Source of the DNA: Macrostomum lignano
Lineage: Eukaryota
Direction: 5' to 3'
Length of the DNA stretch: 64,000 bases
Assembly: GCA_002269645.1 (NCBI GenBank)
Contig: NIVC01000746.1
Coordinates: 390,275-454,274 of the forward strand
Under the pieces are notes generated by a model. The model saw nothing but the letters and a program-made list of their open reading frames with translations, did not search any database and was not told the origin of the DNA. This document shows, piece after piece, positions 12,251-26,606 of this stretch (position 1 is its first letter; each line of letters opens with the position of its first letter). The position numbers and the translations under genes are program-made.

Positions 12251-14094
12251 ATCGATCGGTTGGTGGCACAAGTAAAAGTGATTAGCTCAGAATGGAAAAT
12301 GAAAGCCCAAACAGATCAACAAAAATAGACACCATAAAATGAAAGAAGAAAGAGACCATAGACGTTCGCCCGGGGCAAGTGGGGGATACATTTTACTCAT
12401 CCCATTTCTTCGTCATCATTCCAGCTCATAAATGCAGTCACGCAAATTGCCCAATCGTCAAAGCTTTGATCTGCATGTGGTCGAGATTTAGCAAAAACAC
12501 GCGGATTAATTTTTCAAAGAGCAGTAAAAAATATAAAAGAAAAAGCCCAAGGCTACCGCTCCATAAGGTTCACAGGTCGTAAAGAACATTCTCTTATTGC
12601 AGACCTATAACGTCTCTAGAACGCCTTTAAAGCATCAAATACATGCTTCCTGAAGCCATCTGGGGAGCAATTTTTCATGGATCCGACTCAGGCCAACTCT
12701 CCGATTCTCATGCCAATGAAACCAGAATGAAGGGCCCGCGGGGAGGCTGCGTCCCCGCGCTCTCAGGACATGGGCGACTGGCGACCCCCCGGGATAACTT
12801 ACTCTGGCTTCCTACTCCTCTCTCTCTCTTTCTCGCTTCCCCTTTTTGGGATAAATGACGGGAGGTGGAGAAAGCGCTGAAGCCTCTTGTCCTAGCCAGT
12901 CTGCGGGCCTTGCGAGGGACAAGAAGGAAGACGGGACTGGCGTTAGAGGTTGAGGCTCTCGATCTCTTCTCCCTCCGCTCATTATCCAAAACTGCCCGAC
13001 CACTGCTCAATCTGGCCCTGTCTTGCCAGTAGTAGCCAGCCCATGCCGCCAGGGCTCAAACTCACTAGAAAGTACTTGGAAGAGCAAAGTCATTTATCGA
13101 TCCGGCTGTTATCCCATATTTATCCCTATTTATTCTTATTTATCCCCATTTACCCCATTTATCCCCATTTTTCCCATATTTATCCCCATATATCCCAATT
13201 CATACCTACTTTTCCCCATTTGCCCCCATATCCCCATTTGCCTAAATACCCCCATTAATCTCCTACTTATCTACCATTTATCCCAGCATTTTCTCCCACT
13301 CATTTTACTGAGTTCAGCCAGGTTTTGGCATGACAAATTTAATTTGGCAAGTTATGATAGGAAGAGTATTGAGAAGGACATGACCGAAGACTGTTGGCGG
13401 AACGTTACGAGAGCAGCAGAGTAGGGGGGATCAGGCAGGGAATAAACGAAAGTCAGGGATGCGAGTGGCCCGGAGCAAGCGGGGAAAAAGTGAATTAGCT
13501 TCGGTCCTTGTTATCCTGTTATCCTTGCTCTGCTGCTTCTGGCGCCAGAAAGTTGGGGAACGTGGCAAAGCAAAATCTTCCTCAGATTCCAATGAGTTCG
13601 TTCTGCATCAAATTTAAACGAGTCCAATCTCCAATTTCATTTTATAAACTCAAAAAACGAAAAAACATGCGGAGACAGACAAGGAGAGAGAAGAGAGACA
13701 GAATGCGCCAGCGGGATTCTGTTGTTGACTTTGAGCTCAGAAAGCTCTGCTCTACAGCTATCCGTGCTGTCCCCCCACTATATTGGATATTGAGCTTATT
13801 AATTTTCGCTCTATCTGCTGTTCTCATGTTACCTCTGAGCGCAGGAGAGGCAGAGAGGGGCAGTGGGGGAGAGAATCCAGAATGAAGAGCTTCTTGACTG
13901 GTTTTGTCAAGCAACACAACACCCCGGGCCAAAGCATTATCGCATTAAAGGTCCTCCTGGCACTAGGGAAATCTAGGGAGGAAAGCTGAGTAGCAGCTGA
14001 GTTGTCTCCGATGCGCACTGGGGATGGGACGACTCGGAGAGAAAGATTGCTATTGAATTATTCATTCAGACTGAGACAATTAATTTTACAGGAA

Positions 14095-17000
14095 ATCTGG
14101 ATCTGGATCTGGGATCTGGATCTGGGATCTGGATCTGGGATCTGGATCTGGGATCTGGATCTGGGATCTGGATCTGGGATCTGGATCTGGGATCTGGATC
14201 TGGGATCTGGATCTGGGATCTGGATCTGGGATCTGGATCTGGGATCTGGATCTGGGATCTGGATCTGGGATCTGGATCTGGGATCTGGATCTGGGATCTG
14301 GATCTGGGATCTGGATCTGGGATCTGGATCTGGGATCTGGATCTGGGATCTGGATCTGGGATCTGGATCTGGGATCTGGATCTGGGATCTGGATCTGGGA
14401 TCTGGATCTGGGATCTGGATCTGGGATCTGGATCTGGGATCTGGATCTGGGATCTGGATCTGGGATCTGGATCTGGGATCTGGATCTGGGATCTGGATCT
14501 GGGATCTGGATCTGGGATCTGGATCTGGGATCTGGATCTGGGATCTGGATCTGGGATCTGGATCTGGGATCTGGATCTGGGATCTGGATCTGGGATCTGG
14601 ATCTGGGATCTGGATCTGGGATCTGGATCTGGGATCTGGATCTGGGATCTGGATCTGGGATCTGGATCTGGGATCTGGATCTGGGATCTGGATCTGGGAT
14701 CTGGATCTGGGATCTGGATCTGGGATCTGGATCTGGGATCTGGATCTGGGATCTGGATCTGGGATCTGGATCTGGGATCTGGATCTGGGATCTGGATCTG
14801 GGATCTGGATCTGGGATCTGGATCTGGGATCTGGATCTGGGATCTGGATCTGGGATCTGGATCTGGGATCTGGATCTGGGATCTGGATCTGGGATCTGGA
14901 TCTGGGATCTGGATCTGGGATCTGGATCTGGGATCTGGATCTGGGATCTGGATCTGGGATCTGGATCTGGGATCTGGATCTGGGATCTGGATCTGGGATC
15001 TGGATCTGGGATCTGGATCTGGGATCTGGATCTGGGATCTGGATCTGGGATCTGGATCTGGGATCTGGATCTGGGATCTGGATCTGGGATCTGGATCTGG
15101 GATCTGGATCTGGGATCTGGATCTGGGATCTGGATCTGGGATCTGGATCTGGGATCTGGATCTGGGATCTGGATCTGGGATCTGGATCTGGGATCTGGAT
15201 CTGGGATCTGGATCTGGGATCTGGATCTGGGATCTGGATCTGGGATCTGGATCTGGGATCTGGATCTGGGATCTGGATCTGGGATCTGGATCTGGGATCT
15301 GGATCTGGGATCTGGATCTGGGATCTGGATCTGGGATCTGGATCTGGGATCTGGATCTGGGATCTGGATCTGGGATCTGGATCTGGGATCTGGATCTGGG
15401 ATCTGGATCTGGGATCTGGATCTGGGATCTGGATCTGGGATCTGGATCTGGGATCTGGATCTGGGATCTGGATCTGGGATCTGGATCTGGGATCTGGATC
15501 TGGGATCTGGATCTGGATCTGGATCTGGATCTGGGATCTGGATCTGGGATCTGGATCTGGGATCTGGATCTGGGATCTGGATCTGGGATCTGGATCTGGG
15601 ATCTGGATCTGGGATCTGGATCTGGGATCTGGATCTGGGATCTGGATCTGGGATCTGGATCTGGGATCTGGATCTGGGATCTGGATCTGGGATCTGGATC
15701 TGGGATCTGGATCTGGGATCTGGATCTGGGATCTGGATCTGGGATCTGGATCTGGGATCTGGATCTGGGATCTGGATCTGGGATCTGGATCTGGGATCTG
15801 GATCTGGGATCTGGATCTGGGATCTGGATCTGGGATCTGGATCTGGGATCTGGATCTGGGATCTGGATCTGGGATCTGGATCTGGGATCTGGATCTGGGA
15901 TCTGGATCTGGGATCTGGATCTGGGATCTGGATCTGGGATCTGGATCTGGGATCTGGATCTGGGATCTGGATCTGGGATCTGGATCTGGGATCTGGATCT
16001 GGGATCTGGATCTGGGATCTGGATCTGGGATCTGGATCTGGGATCTGGATCTGGGATCTGGATCTGGGATCTGGATCTGGGATCTGGATCTGGGATCTGG
16101 ATCTGGGATCTGGATCTGGGATCTGGATCTGGGATCTGGATCTGGGATCTGGATCTGGGATCTGGATCTGGGATCTGGATCTGGGATCTGGATCTGGGAT
16201 CTGGATCTGGGATCTGGATCTGGGATCTGGATCTGGGATCTGGATCTGGGATCTGGATCTGGGATCTGGATCTGGGATCTGGATCTGGGATCTGGATCTG
16301 GGATCTGGATCTGGGATCTGGATCTGGGATCTGGATCTGGGATCTGGATCTGGGATCTGGATCTGGGATCTGGATCTGGGATCTGGATCTGGGATCTGGA
16401 TCTGGGATCTGGATCTGGGATCTGGATCTGGGATCTGGATCTGGGATCTGGATCTGGGATCTGGATCTGGGATCTGGATCTGGGATCTGGATCTGGGATC
16501 TGGATCTGGGATCTGGATCTGGGATCTGGATCTGGGATCTGGATCTGGGATCTGGATCTGGGATCTGGATCTGGGATCTGGATCTGGGATCTGGATCTGG
16601 GATCTGGATCTGGGATCTGGATCTGGGATCTGGATCTGGGATCTGGATCTGGGATCTGGATCTGGGATCTGGATCTGGGATCTGGATCTGGGATCTGGAT
16701 CTGGGATCTGGATCTGGGATCTGGATCTGGGATCTGGATCTGGGATCTGGATCTGGGATCTGGATCTGGGATCTGGATCTGGGATCTGGATCTGGGATCT
16801 GGATCTGGGATCTGGATCTGGGATCTGGATCTGGGATCTGGATCTGGGATCTGGATCTGGGATCTGGATCTGGGATCTGGATCTGGGATCTGGATCTGGG
16901 ATCTGGATCTGGGATCTGGATCTGGGATCTGGATCTGGGATCTGGATCTGGGATCTGGATCTGGGATCTGGATCTGGGATCTGGATCTGGGATCTGGATC

Positions 17001-18647
17001 TGGGATCTGGATCTGGGATCTGGATCTGGGATCTGGATCTGGGATCTGGATCTGGGATCTGGATCTGGGATCTGGATCTGGGATCTGGATCTGGGATCTG
17101 GATCTGGGATCTGGATCTGGGATCTGGATCTGGGATCTGGATCTGGGATCTGGATCTGGGATCTGGATCTGGGATCTGGATCTGGGATCTGGATCTGGGA
17201 TCTGGATCTGGGATCTGGATCTGGGATCTGGATCTGGGATCTGGATCTGGGATCTGGATCTGGGATCTGGATCTGGGATCTGGATCTGGGATCTGGATCT
17301 GGGATCTGGATCTGGGATCTGGATCTGGGATCTGGATCTGGGATCTGGATCTGGGATCTGGATCTGGGATCTGGATCTGGGATCTGGATCTGGATCTGGA
17401 TCTGGATCTGGGATCTGGATCTGGGATCTGGATCTGGGATCTGGATCTGGGATCTGGATCTGGGATCTGGATCTGGGATCTGGATCTGGGATCTGGATCT
17501 GGGATCTGGATCTGGGATCTGGATCTGGGATCTGGATCTGGGATCTGGATCTGGGATCTGGATCTGGGATCTGGATCTGGGATCTGGATCTGGGATCTGG
17601 ATCTGGGATCTGGATCTGGATCTGGATCTGGATCTGGATCTGGGATCTGGATCTGGGATCTGGATCTGGGATCTGGATCTGGGATCTGGATCTGGGATCT
17701 GGATCTGGGATCTGGATCTGGGATCTGGATCTGGGATCTGGATCTGGGATCTGGATCTGGGATCTGGATCTGGGATCTGGATCTGGGATCTGGATCTGGG
17801 ATCTGGATCTGGGATCTGGATCTGGGATCTGGATCTGGGATCTGGATCTGGGATCTGGATCTGGGATCTGGATCTGGGATCTGGATCTGGGATCTGGATC
17901 TGGGATCTGGATCTGGGATCTGGATCTGGGATCTGGATCTGGGATCTGGATCTGGGATCTGGATCTGGGATCTGGATCTGGGATCTGGATCTGGGATCTG
18001 GATCTGGGATCTGGATCTGGGATCTGGATCTGGGATCTGGATCTGGGATCTGGATCTGGGATCTGGATCTGGGATCTGGATCTGGGATCTGGATCTGGGA
18101 TCTGGATCTGGGATCTGGATCTGGGATCTGGATCTGGGATCTGGATCTGGGATCTGGATCTGGGATCTGGATCTGGGATCTGGATCTGGGATCTGGATCT
18201 GGGATCTGGATCTGGGATCTGGATCTGGGATCTGGATCTGGGATCTGGATCTGGGATCTGGATCTGGGATCTGGATCTGGGATCTGGATCTGGGATCTGG
18301 ATCTGGGATCTGGATCTGGGATCTGGATCTGGGATCTGGATCTGGGATCTGGATCTGGGATCTGGATCTGGGATCTGGATCTGGGATCTGGATCTGGGAT
18401 CTGGATCTGGGATCTGGATCTGGGATCTGGATCTGGGATCTGGATCTGGGATCTGGATCTGGGATCTGGATCTGGGATCTGGATCTGGGATCTGGATCTG
18501 GGATCTGGATCTGGGATCTGGATCTGGGATCTGGATCTGGGATCTGGATCTGGGATCTGGATCTGGGATCTGGATCTGGGATCTGGATCTGGGATCTGGA
18601 TCTGGGATCTGGATCTGGGATCTGGATCTGGGATCTGGATCTGGGAT
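14095..18647. repeat. 13-bp satellite (GGGATCTGGATCT)n, about 350 copies
   Basis: Homogeneous array with three short (GGATCT)n interruptions near 15510, 17390 and 17620. Confidence 0.98.
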
Positions 18648-19882
18648 GGCTCGAAAACCCTAGCGTGCCAACACAAAGTGAAGCGAGTCTTGAAGCGCTT
18701 TGAAAGTCCAGCAGCAGCTCCGGAGCAGGAAGAAATCTACCCTCGTCCTCTCACCCATTTCCCATTATTTTTGAAGAGCAGCAGCCGAAGCAGCAGGCAG
18801 GCAGGCAAAAAAGAAGGCAGCTAAGCGACACGCAGAATTTTTGCCGGGGCGAATTTCCTCATCAACTCCCACCGTCAGCTCCGTCAGTCACGCGATTTCT
18901 CCCCAGTTGGGTTGGGTCGTGGGCCCCAGAAGAAGCTGCCGCCGCGCCCGTCTCCGTCTCAGGGCGGTTGGGAAAATATCCGGCATGCGCGAGGCGATAT
19001 GTGCGCTCGGAGATGCATAAAACAGTGTGTATTGGTGAGAGACAGATTAGAGTATTAAAGAAGTGGCTTACGAGCGCATTACGAGCGTACGAGCAGGGAT
19101 GCTCAGCTGAGCAAATCCTATATATAACTCGCGCTAGTCCCAAGGGAGTCAAGAATTACATTAATTCGGTAATAGTGCCCACGAACGAAATTCAGTTGGA
19201 AGAGAAATTTTCGGCTTAACCCGGCCCGCCAACCCTGCCTATGCTGCCCCCACCCCCTCTCTCTCTCTCTCTCTACCTCTCTCGCGCCTTCTCTTTGCTG
19301 GAACGATCGACGCGTGCGAACGTGACTTTTGCCAAGCGGCCGAGAAATAGGGAATCGTTCAGAAACAATTAGCAATTCCGAATGAATTTTTGGCTCTTCT
19401 CTCGAGATGAAAGCATCGAATACTGAGGAGCGGGTTGGAGCCTGATTATGAATGCTAACTGACGAGATTAGCCAGCGGCCTTGGGGGTCAGCTGAGCTAG
19501 ATTCGATCCCGCGCCTCGAGAGAGAGGAGAGGGAGATAGATGGTGAAAAGTAGCTCCGCAGGTCGCGGCGGCCCGTCGCTTCAGACAATTTCTGACAAGG
19601 AAAACGTGCGCTTCTTTAGGGTGAGTTCTTTTAGTCTGGGGTGAGAGCATGAGATGAGCCGGATGAGAAAGTAGGGGTCCGCTTGTTGAACTCATCCCAT
19701 CACCAGTGGCGAGGCAATTCTGCCCATTCCGCTGACTCCCTGAGCACATACAAGCGCGCCGATGCTGTCACACAGACATGTACACATACACACGCTCTAA
19801 TCATCAGGTATGTACAGTCTCTGTGCCCTCATGGTGTGTGAATCGAACGACAACCCTCCAGTCAATTTTTAGTAAACAAGAT

Positions 19883-20521
19883 ACTCAGGCCCTAAGATTC
19901 CGAGTCCAAGCACAAGCTACTTAGGCCCTAAGATTCCGAGTCCAAGCACAAGCTACTCAGGCCCTAAGATTCCGAATCCAAGCACAAGCTACTTAGGCCC
20001 TAAGATTCCGAGTCCAAGCACAAGCTACTCAGGCCCTAAGATTCCGAGTCCAAGCACAAGCTACTCAGGCCCTAAGATTCCGAATCCAAGCACAAGCTAC
20101 TCAGGCCCTAAGATTCCGAATCCAAGCACAAGCTACTTAGGCCCTAAGATTCCAAGTCCAAGCACAAGCTACTTAGGCCCTAAGATTCCGAGTCCAAGCA
20201 CAAGCTACTTAGGCCCTAAGATTCCGAGTCCAAGCACAAGCTACTTAGGCCCTAAGATTCCGAGTCCAAGCACAAGCTACTCAGGCCCTAAGATTCCGAG
20301 TCCAAGCACAAGCTACTTAGGCCCTAAGATTCCGAGTCCAAGCACAAGCTACTTAGGCCCTAAGATTCCGAGTCCAAGCACAAGCTACTTAGGCCCTAAG
20401 ATTCCGAGTCCAAGCACAAGCTACTTAGGCCCTAAGATTCCGAGTCCAAGCACAAGCTACTTAGGCCCTAAGATTCCGAGTCCAAGCACAAGCTACTCAG
20501 GCCCTAAGATTCCGAGTCCAA
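19883..20521. repeat. 36-bp minisatellite, about 17 copies, with internal inverted repeat CTTAGG-C-CCTAAG
   Basis: Unit CCCTAAGATTCCGAGTCCAAGCACAAGCTACTTAGG, head-to-tail with no spacers. Confidence 0.97.
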
Positions 20522-21060
20522 AGTAGCATCGAGCATTCGAGAACGCAATTGCAGCAGTGACCAAACCCACAAAAAATCTTAGCCGATAGAAAAAGTTTCG
20601 GCACAGCTCAGTGGGATGTCCAGTCCACTATCTGAAGCCTGAGATCTGAGCCTCTCGGTTGCGGCTATAATCAATATTTTATCGATTCCGTGGCAAGCTG
20701 TGACAACGGAAGAGCCATTCGAGTAGCCCGGATGATATATTTTGCTCTCTTGCATGGCGACGGCAACAAGCCGCTGATTTTTGGGGAGGCGAAGCAAAAC
20801 TCGCCTTAGGAAAAGATGATGAAGGAGTGGGCCAGCATCCCCGGGCTCATTCGAGTGGCGCTCGAAAGCGGGAAGCAACCGGCACGCCCCAATGGACGAT
20901 ATGGCTGACAAGCTGGTCCTACGGTAACCCTGCAGGCGTCCTTTAATATATCATGATAATACGGTAACCCTTGCATTTTAAAAGTAAAATGCAAAATTTA
21001 AAAACGCGCAAAAACCCCAACAAAGCGACAAATTAAGAATGAGAGCCAGAATTCCAAGAC

Positions 21061-21225
21061 AGGGTGCCAAATTAGGAAATGCTTGCCAAATTAAGAAATC
21101 ATGTCAAATTATGAAATGCTACCAAATTAGGAAATACTTGTCAAATTAGGAAAAGTTACCAAATTAGGAAATCCTTCCAAATAAGGGAATGCTACCAAAT
21201 TAGAAAATGATACTAAATTTGGAAA
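21061..21225. repeat. Degenerate ~17-bp repeat CCAAATTAGGAAATGCT
   Basis: About 8 diverged copies of CAAATTA(G/A)GAAA. Confidence 0.6.
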
Positions 21226-21974
21226 TGGAAACCAGTGATTGAAATAGAGTTTAAGTCACGTATAGTCGCCAAAATGATAAAGCTGAATGCCGATTACCTA
21301 TGAATCTTGTTTTGCTCATCAGTCATTTATTTTTATTGCATCAATTTACCATGTGATAGATCTTCTCCAACAATATTAATGAATCTGAAAGTCCGACTCA
21401 AGCTTAGAAATGAAGCGACACCCCCAGGTGTCGGATCGGATCGGATTCAACTCCATCGCCTGCGAGGGAGTTGGGAAGAAAGTCCCCAAATAGACACAAT
21501 CCCTACGGTGGGGGAGCTTTGAGTTGGAAAGATTCTGGCACAAATGGGATGCCAGCACGACTTGGGATAAAAAAGAAGCTTATTCGCGGGGGCTGAGGAA
21601 GACAGGTGACGGGATCCGGCTTTGCCAGTTCGAGTCCGAAACTCCCATCGGGAGCTCGGATTTCTCGAAAATCGCGAGCCGAGAGTAGGCTGAAAGTTCT
21701 CACACATGAGCAAAGCATCTGCTCGGCCCCATCCTGGACAGCTGCCAGTTTGCCTCATCAGATTCTCAACAAGATTACCCGCATGTCAGCCCTTCTCCGA
21801 CTTCTCTGGCAGCTGTCCATCTGTGTGGAATTGTGATTTTCTAATCAATATTGATTCTCATTGGAGAAATCCAATGAAAATAAACTGGAAGAAGGCGGGA
21901 ATATAAGCAGACTCTCGCGGCTAGAGAGGTCAAGAAATAGATACTGAAGGGCGGAATGGGGAACAGTGGGGGAG

Positions 21975-23583
21975 GGGAACACAGCGGAGAGAGGGGAACA
22001 CAGCGGGGAGAGGAGAACACACCAGGGAGAGGAGAACACACCAGGGAGAGGAGAACACACCAGGGAGAGGAGAACACACCAGGGAGAGGAGAACACACCA
22101 GGGAGAGGAGAACACACCAGGGAGAGGAGAACACACCAGGGAGAGGAGAACACACCAGGGAGAGGAGAACACACCAGGGAGAGGAGAACACACCAGGGAG
22201 AGGAGAACACACCAGGGAGAGGAGAACACACCAGGGAGAGGAGAACACACCAGGGAGAGGAGAACACACCAGGGAGAGGAGAACACACCAGGGAGAGGAG
22301 AACACACCAGGGAGAGGAGAACACACCAGGGAGAGGAGAACACACCAGGGAGAGGAGAACACACCAGGGAGAGGAGAACACACCAGGGAGAGGAGAACAC
22401 ACCAGGGAGAGGAGAACACACCAGGGAGAGGAGAACACACCAGGGAGAGGAGAACACACCAGGGAGAGGAGAACACACCAGGGAGAGGAGAACACACCAG
22501 GGAGAGGAGAACACACCAGGGAGAGGAGAACACACCAGGGAGAGGAGAACACACCAGGGAGAGGAGAACACACTAGGGAGAGGAGAACACACCAGGGAGA
22601 GGAGAACACACCAGGGAGAGGAGAACACACCAGGGAGAGGAGAACACACCAGGGAGAGGAGAACACACCAGGGAGAGGAGAACACACCAGGGAGAGGAGA
22701 ACACACCAGGGAGAGGAGAACACACTAGGGAGAGGAGAACACACCAGGGAGAGGAGAACACACCAGGGAGAGGAGAACACACCAGGGAGAGGAGAACACA
22801 CCAGGGAGAGGAGAACACACCAGGGAGAGGAGAACACACCAGGGAGAGGAGAACACACCAGGGAGAGGAGAACACACCAGGGAGAGGAGAACACACTAGG
22901 GAGAGGAGAACACACTAGGGAGAGGAGAACACACCAGGGAGAGGAGAACACACCAGGGAGAGGAGAACACACCAGGGAGAGGAGAACACACCAGGGAGAG
23001 GAGAACACACCAGGGAGAGGAGAACACACCAGGGAGAGGAGAACACACCAGGGAGAGGAGAACACACCAGGGAGAGGAGAACACACTAGGGAGAGGAGAA
23101 CACACCAGGGAGAGGAGAACACACCAGGGAGAGGAGAACACACCAGGGAGAGGAGAACACACCAGGGAGAGGAGAACACACCAGGGAGAGGAGAACACAC
23201 CAGGGAGAGGAGAACACACCAGGGAGAGGAGAACACACCAGGGAGAGGAGAACACATCAGGGAGAGGAGAACACACCAGGGAGAGGAGAACACATCAGGG
23301 AGAGGAGAACACACCAGGGAGAGGAGAACACACCAGGGAGAGGAGAACACACTAGGGAGAGGAGAACACACCAGGGAGAGGAGAACACACCAGGGAGAGG
23401 AGAACACACCAGGGAGAGGAGAACGCACTAGGGAGAGGAGAACACACCAGGGAGAGGAGAACACACCAGGGAGAGGAGAACACACCAGGGAGAGGAGAAC
23501 ACACTAGGGAGAGGAGAACACACCAGGGAGAGGAGAACACACCAGGGAGAGGAGAACACACCAGGGAGAGGAGAACACACCAG
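21975..23583. repeat. 19-bp minisatellite GGGAGAGGAGAACACACCA, about 84 copies
   Basis: Direct tandem repetition with rare CTA/TCA variants. Confidence 0.97.
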
Positions 23584-24114
23584 ATGCACGAACCGGGAAA
23601 GGTCAGAAAAGAGATGTAAAAGTAAAAATCAAGAGAGGCCGTATGACTGAATGAAAAACACTGAATGATAAGCTGGGCCCCCCAATCGCAGTGAGCGAAG
23701 CAATTAGATTAATGATTGGTTCTGTCATTCTCACGAGTATGCGGCACTGCGGGATCACTGGGGAGCCAAGAAAATTTGGCGGCAAATTTGTGATCTAATG
23801 AAACTGGAGAGGGTATAGTGATGGGGGCAGCAGTGTGTATGCAGCTGCAAGCAGTATCTCCAGCTGAGATCCTCTGAGTCTTACTATACTCAGCTTAGAA
23901 CTACGAGCTATATATGTAAGGCGCTCTCACTGTGGCAGCAGCCTTCCTAATCCGAACACGCTTACTTGCCAGAATCTGCTTGGCTGGGTATCTGCCTCAT
24001 CATGATGCATCATTACTAACATAATGCGGCCCCCAGCGTGTGTTTCTCTCTAGCCATTTTAAACTAATTGTCTTTGCCTTAACAGTCGAAATAGTAAATA
24101 GTTGCGAGTAAACC

Positions 24115-25598
24115 TAATGGAGTGAAACTGAAATATTAATGGAGTGACACAGATCTTAATCGAGTGAAACTAGCATCCTATTGGAGTGAAACTGGGATCC
24201 TAATGAAATGAAACTGGGATCCTAATGAGTTGAAACTGGGATCCTAATGAAACGAAACTGGGGTCCTAATGGAGTGAAACTGGGATCCTAATGTAGTGAA
24301 ACTGGGATCCCAATGGAGTGAAACTGGGATCCTAATGAAATGAAACTGGGATCCTAATGAGTTGAAACTGGGATCCTAATGAAATGAAACTGGGATCCTA
24401 TTGGAGAAAAAATGGGATCCTATTGGAATGAAACTGGGATCCTAATGAGTTGAAACTGGGATCCTAATGGAGTGAAACTGGGATCCTAATGGAGTGAAAC
24501 TGGGATCCTAATGAAGTGAAACTGGGATCCCAATGGAGTGAAACTGGGATCCTAATGGAGTGAAACTGGGATCCTAATGTAGTGAAACTGGGATCCCAAT
24601 GGAGTGAAACTGGGATCCTAATGAAATGAAACTGGGATCCTAATGAAATGAAACTGGGATCCTAATGAGTTGAAACTGGGATTCTAATGAAATGAAACTG
24701 GGATCCTATTGGAGAAAAAATGGGATCCTATTGGAATGAAACTGGGATCCTAATGAGTTGAAACTGGGATCCTAATGTAGTGAAACTGGGATCCTAATGA
24801 AGTGAAACTGGGATCCCAATGGAGTGAAACTGGGATCCTAATGGAGTGAAACTGGGATCCTAATGGAGTGAAACTGGGATCCTAATGTAGTGAAACTGGG
24901 ATCCCAATGGAGTGAAACTGGGATCCTAATGTAGTGAAACTGGGATCCCAATGGAGTGAAACTGGGATCCTAATGTAGTGAAACTGGGATCCCAATGGAG
25001 TGAAACTGGGATCTTAATGAAATGAAACTGGGATCCTAATGAAATGAAACTGGGATCCTAATGAGTTGAAACTGGGATTCTAATGAAATGAGACTGGGAT
25101 CCCATTGGAGAAAAAATGGGATCCTATTGGAATGAAACTGGGATCCTAATGAGTTGAAACTGGGATCCTAATGGAGTGAAACTGGGATCCTAATGAAGTG
25201 AAACTGGGATCCCAATGGAGTGAAACTGGGATCCTAATGAGTGAAACTGGGATCCCAATGGAGTGAAACTGGGATCCTAATGTAGTGAAACTGGGATCCC
25301 AATGGAGTGAAACTGGGATCCTAATGTAGTGAAACTGGGATCCTAATGTAGTGAAACTGGGATCCTAATGTAGTGAAACTGGGATCCTAATGAGTGAAAC
25401 TGGGATCCTAATGTAGTGAAACTGGGATCCTAATGTAGTGAAACTGGGATCCTAATGTAGTGAAACTGGGATCCTAATGTAGTGAAACTGGGATCCTAAT
25501 GTAGTGAAACTGGGATCCTAATGTAGTGAAACTGGGATCCTAATGTAGTGAAACTGGGATCCTAATGTAGTGAAACTGGGAGTGAAACTGGGATCCTA
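24115..25598. repeat. 21-bp minisatellite GTGAAACTGGGATCCTAATG(GA/TA), about 70 copies
   Basis: Tandem units with a degenerate left edge. Variant block GAGAAAAAATGGGATCC recurs three times. Confidence 0.97.
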
Positions 25599-26092
25599 TC
25601 AAAATAAAAAACTGCAAAAAGCAACCAGAAACAATGAAAAAATACAATATATCTAAAAGTCCATTGTATATTTAAGTTGAATTAACAATGCATCACTCTG
25701 AAGCATCCAGTACTGGAGTTCTAGCGCTAGAAGAACATGAGGACATTATCATTACAATTCACAGCTGTTTAATATATATTTACATCTATACAAACAAGGA
25801 CTTCTTGGATTGGAAAATTGCCGGAATCGAATACAATTTAAATCTATCTTTATAACGCTATATAATATTGTTGGATAAAAACTGTTATGAAAATCTTATT
25901 GTAAAGTGACTCCGTGTACTTGTAACGCCTAAATTTAGCCAAGTAGCTTACAGGAAATCATTACGACTAATAAGACAGTCGACAATAGTTAAAAATTCTA
26001 TAGTGTGTGCGGGTTCAATTGGAATCTTATCATTAGTATTAGTACGAGTAGTACAATAGCAGTTATATCAGTTGACAGAGTAGTTTGTGCGC

Positions 26093-26494
26093 TCAGAGCA
26101 CCGAACAGACGGCGATGCTGTGCGTCGGATTCCCGGCCGCCGGTGTCGGCTGCGGCTGCGTCGACGGCGGGGCGGCAACGGCGGCGGCCTTGGCGGCCTT
26201 GGCTCGCAGGCCCCTGTCTAGCAGGGCGTCCCGCAGGGTGCACAGCGGAGTCGGCGCTTTTTCCCGGTGCACCCGGCGCTCCCGGCCATAGACAAAGAAC
26301 CGGCGCAGCTTCGGGTCGGCGCCGCTCCAGCGGTAGTCGCACTGGCTGAGCGGAATCAGCCGGACAATGTGCTTCTGCAGCAGCACCCGCGTGTCCGGCC
26401 CGGCCGTGGCCAGCTGCCGGTTCACCAGCACCTCGCAGGCCATCACCAGACTCAGGGGGAAGGCCGCCTCGCTGAGACCTACTCGGGGTCCGAC
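26093..26494 (-). CDS. SSUH2: SSUH2-like protein, last coding exon
   Basis: Acceptor cttcttcccatcaatcctag/GTC. Phase 0 joins the upstream exon in frame. TRVLLQKHIVRLIPLSQCDYRW...FFVYGRERRVH resembles the SSUH2 C-terminus (RVLQQRQTIELIP...YIYGTDHQV). Ends CSVL-TGA. Confidence 0.8.
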   Translation of the reverse strand, partial: VGPRVGLSEAAFPLSLVMACEVLVNRQLATAGPDTRVLLQKHIVRLIPLSQCDYRWSGADPKLRRFFVYGRERRVHREKAPTPLCTLRDALLDRGLRAKAAKAAAVAAPPSTQPQPTPAAGNPTHSIAVCSVL

Positions 26495-26606
26495 CTAGGA
26501 TTGATGGGAAGAAGTAGCTGGGGCGTGTAGTAGCGTTGTTAGAGTAAGCTGTTGTCACGCTATTGTGTGTCTTATTCTGCATTGTGCATACTCGCGCTCT
26601 TACTCG

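Noticed and set aside
11290-12275. Extensin-like IPPLSPPYQYTGTV repeat ORF
   Set aside because: It is a 42-bp array open in several frames, with no ATG context or splice support.
14002-18676. 1553-aa (+) and 1536-aa (-) ORFs
   Set aside because: Products of a stop-free 13-bp satellite. The unit is not a multiple of 3, the flanks are non-coding, and no domain is present.
19883-20521. CRISPR-like 36-bp partially palindromic repeat
   Set aside because: No spacers, no cas genes, and a eukaryotic intron-containing context.
21631-21660. Hairpin TCCGA-AA-CTCCC-ATC-GGGAG-C-TCGGA next to a GTTCGAGTCC B-box-like motif
   Set aside because: No A box or cloverleaf, and it is a single isolated hairpin.
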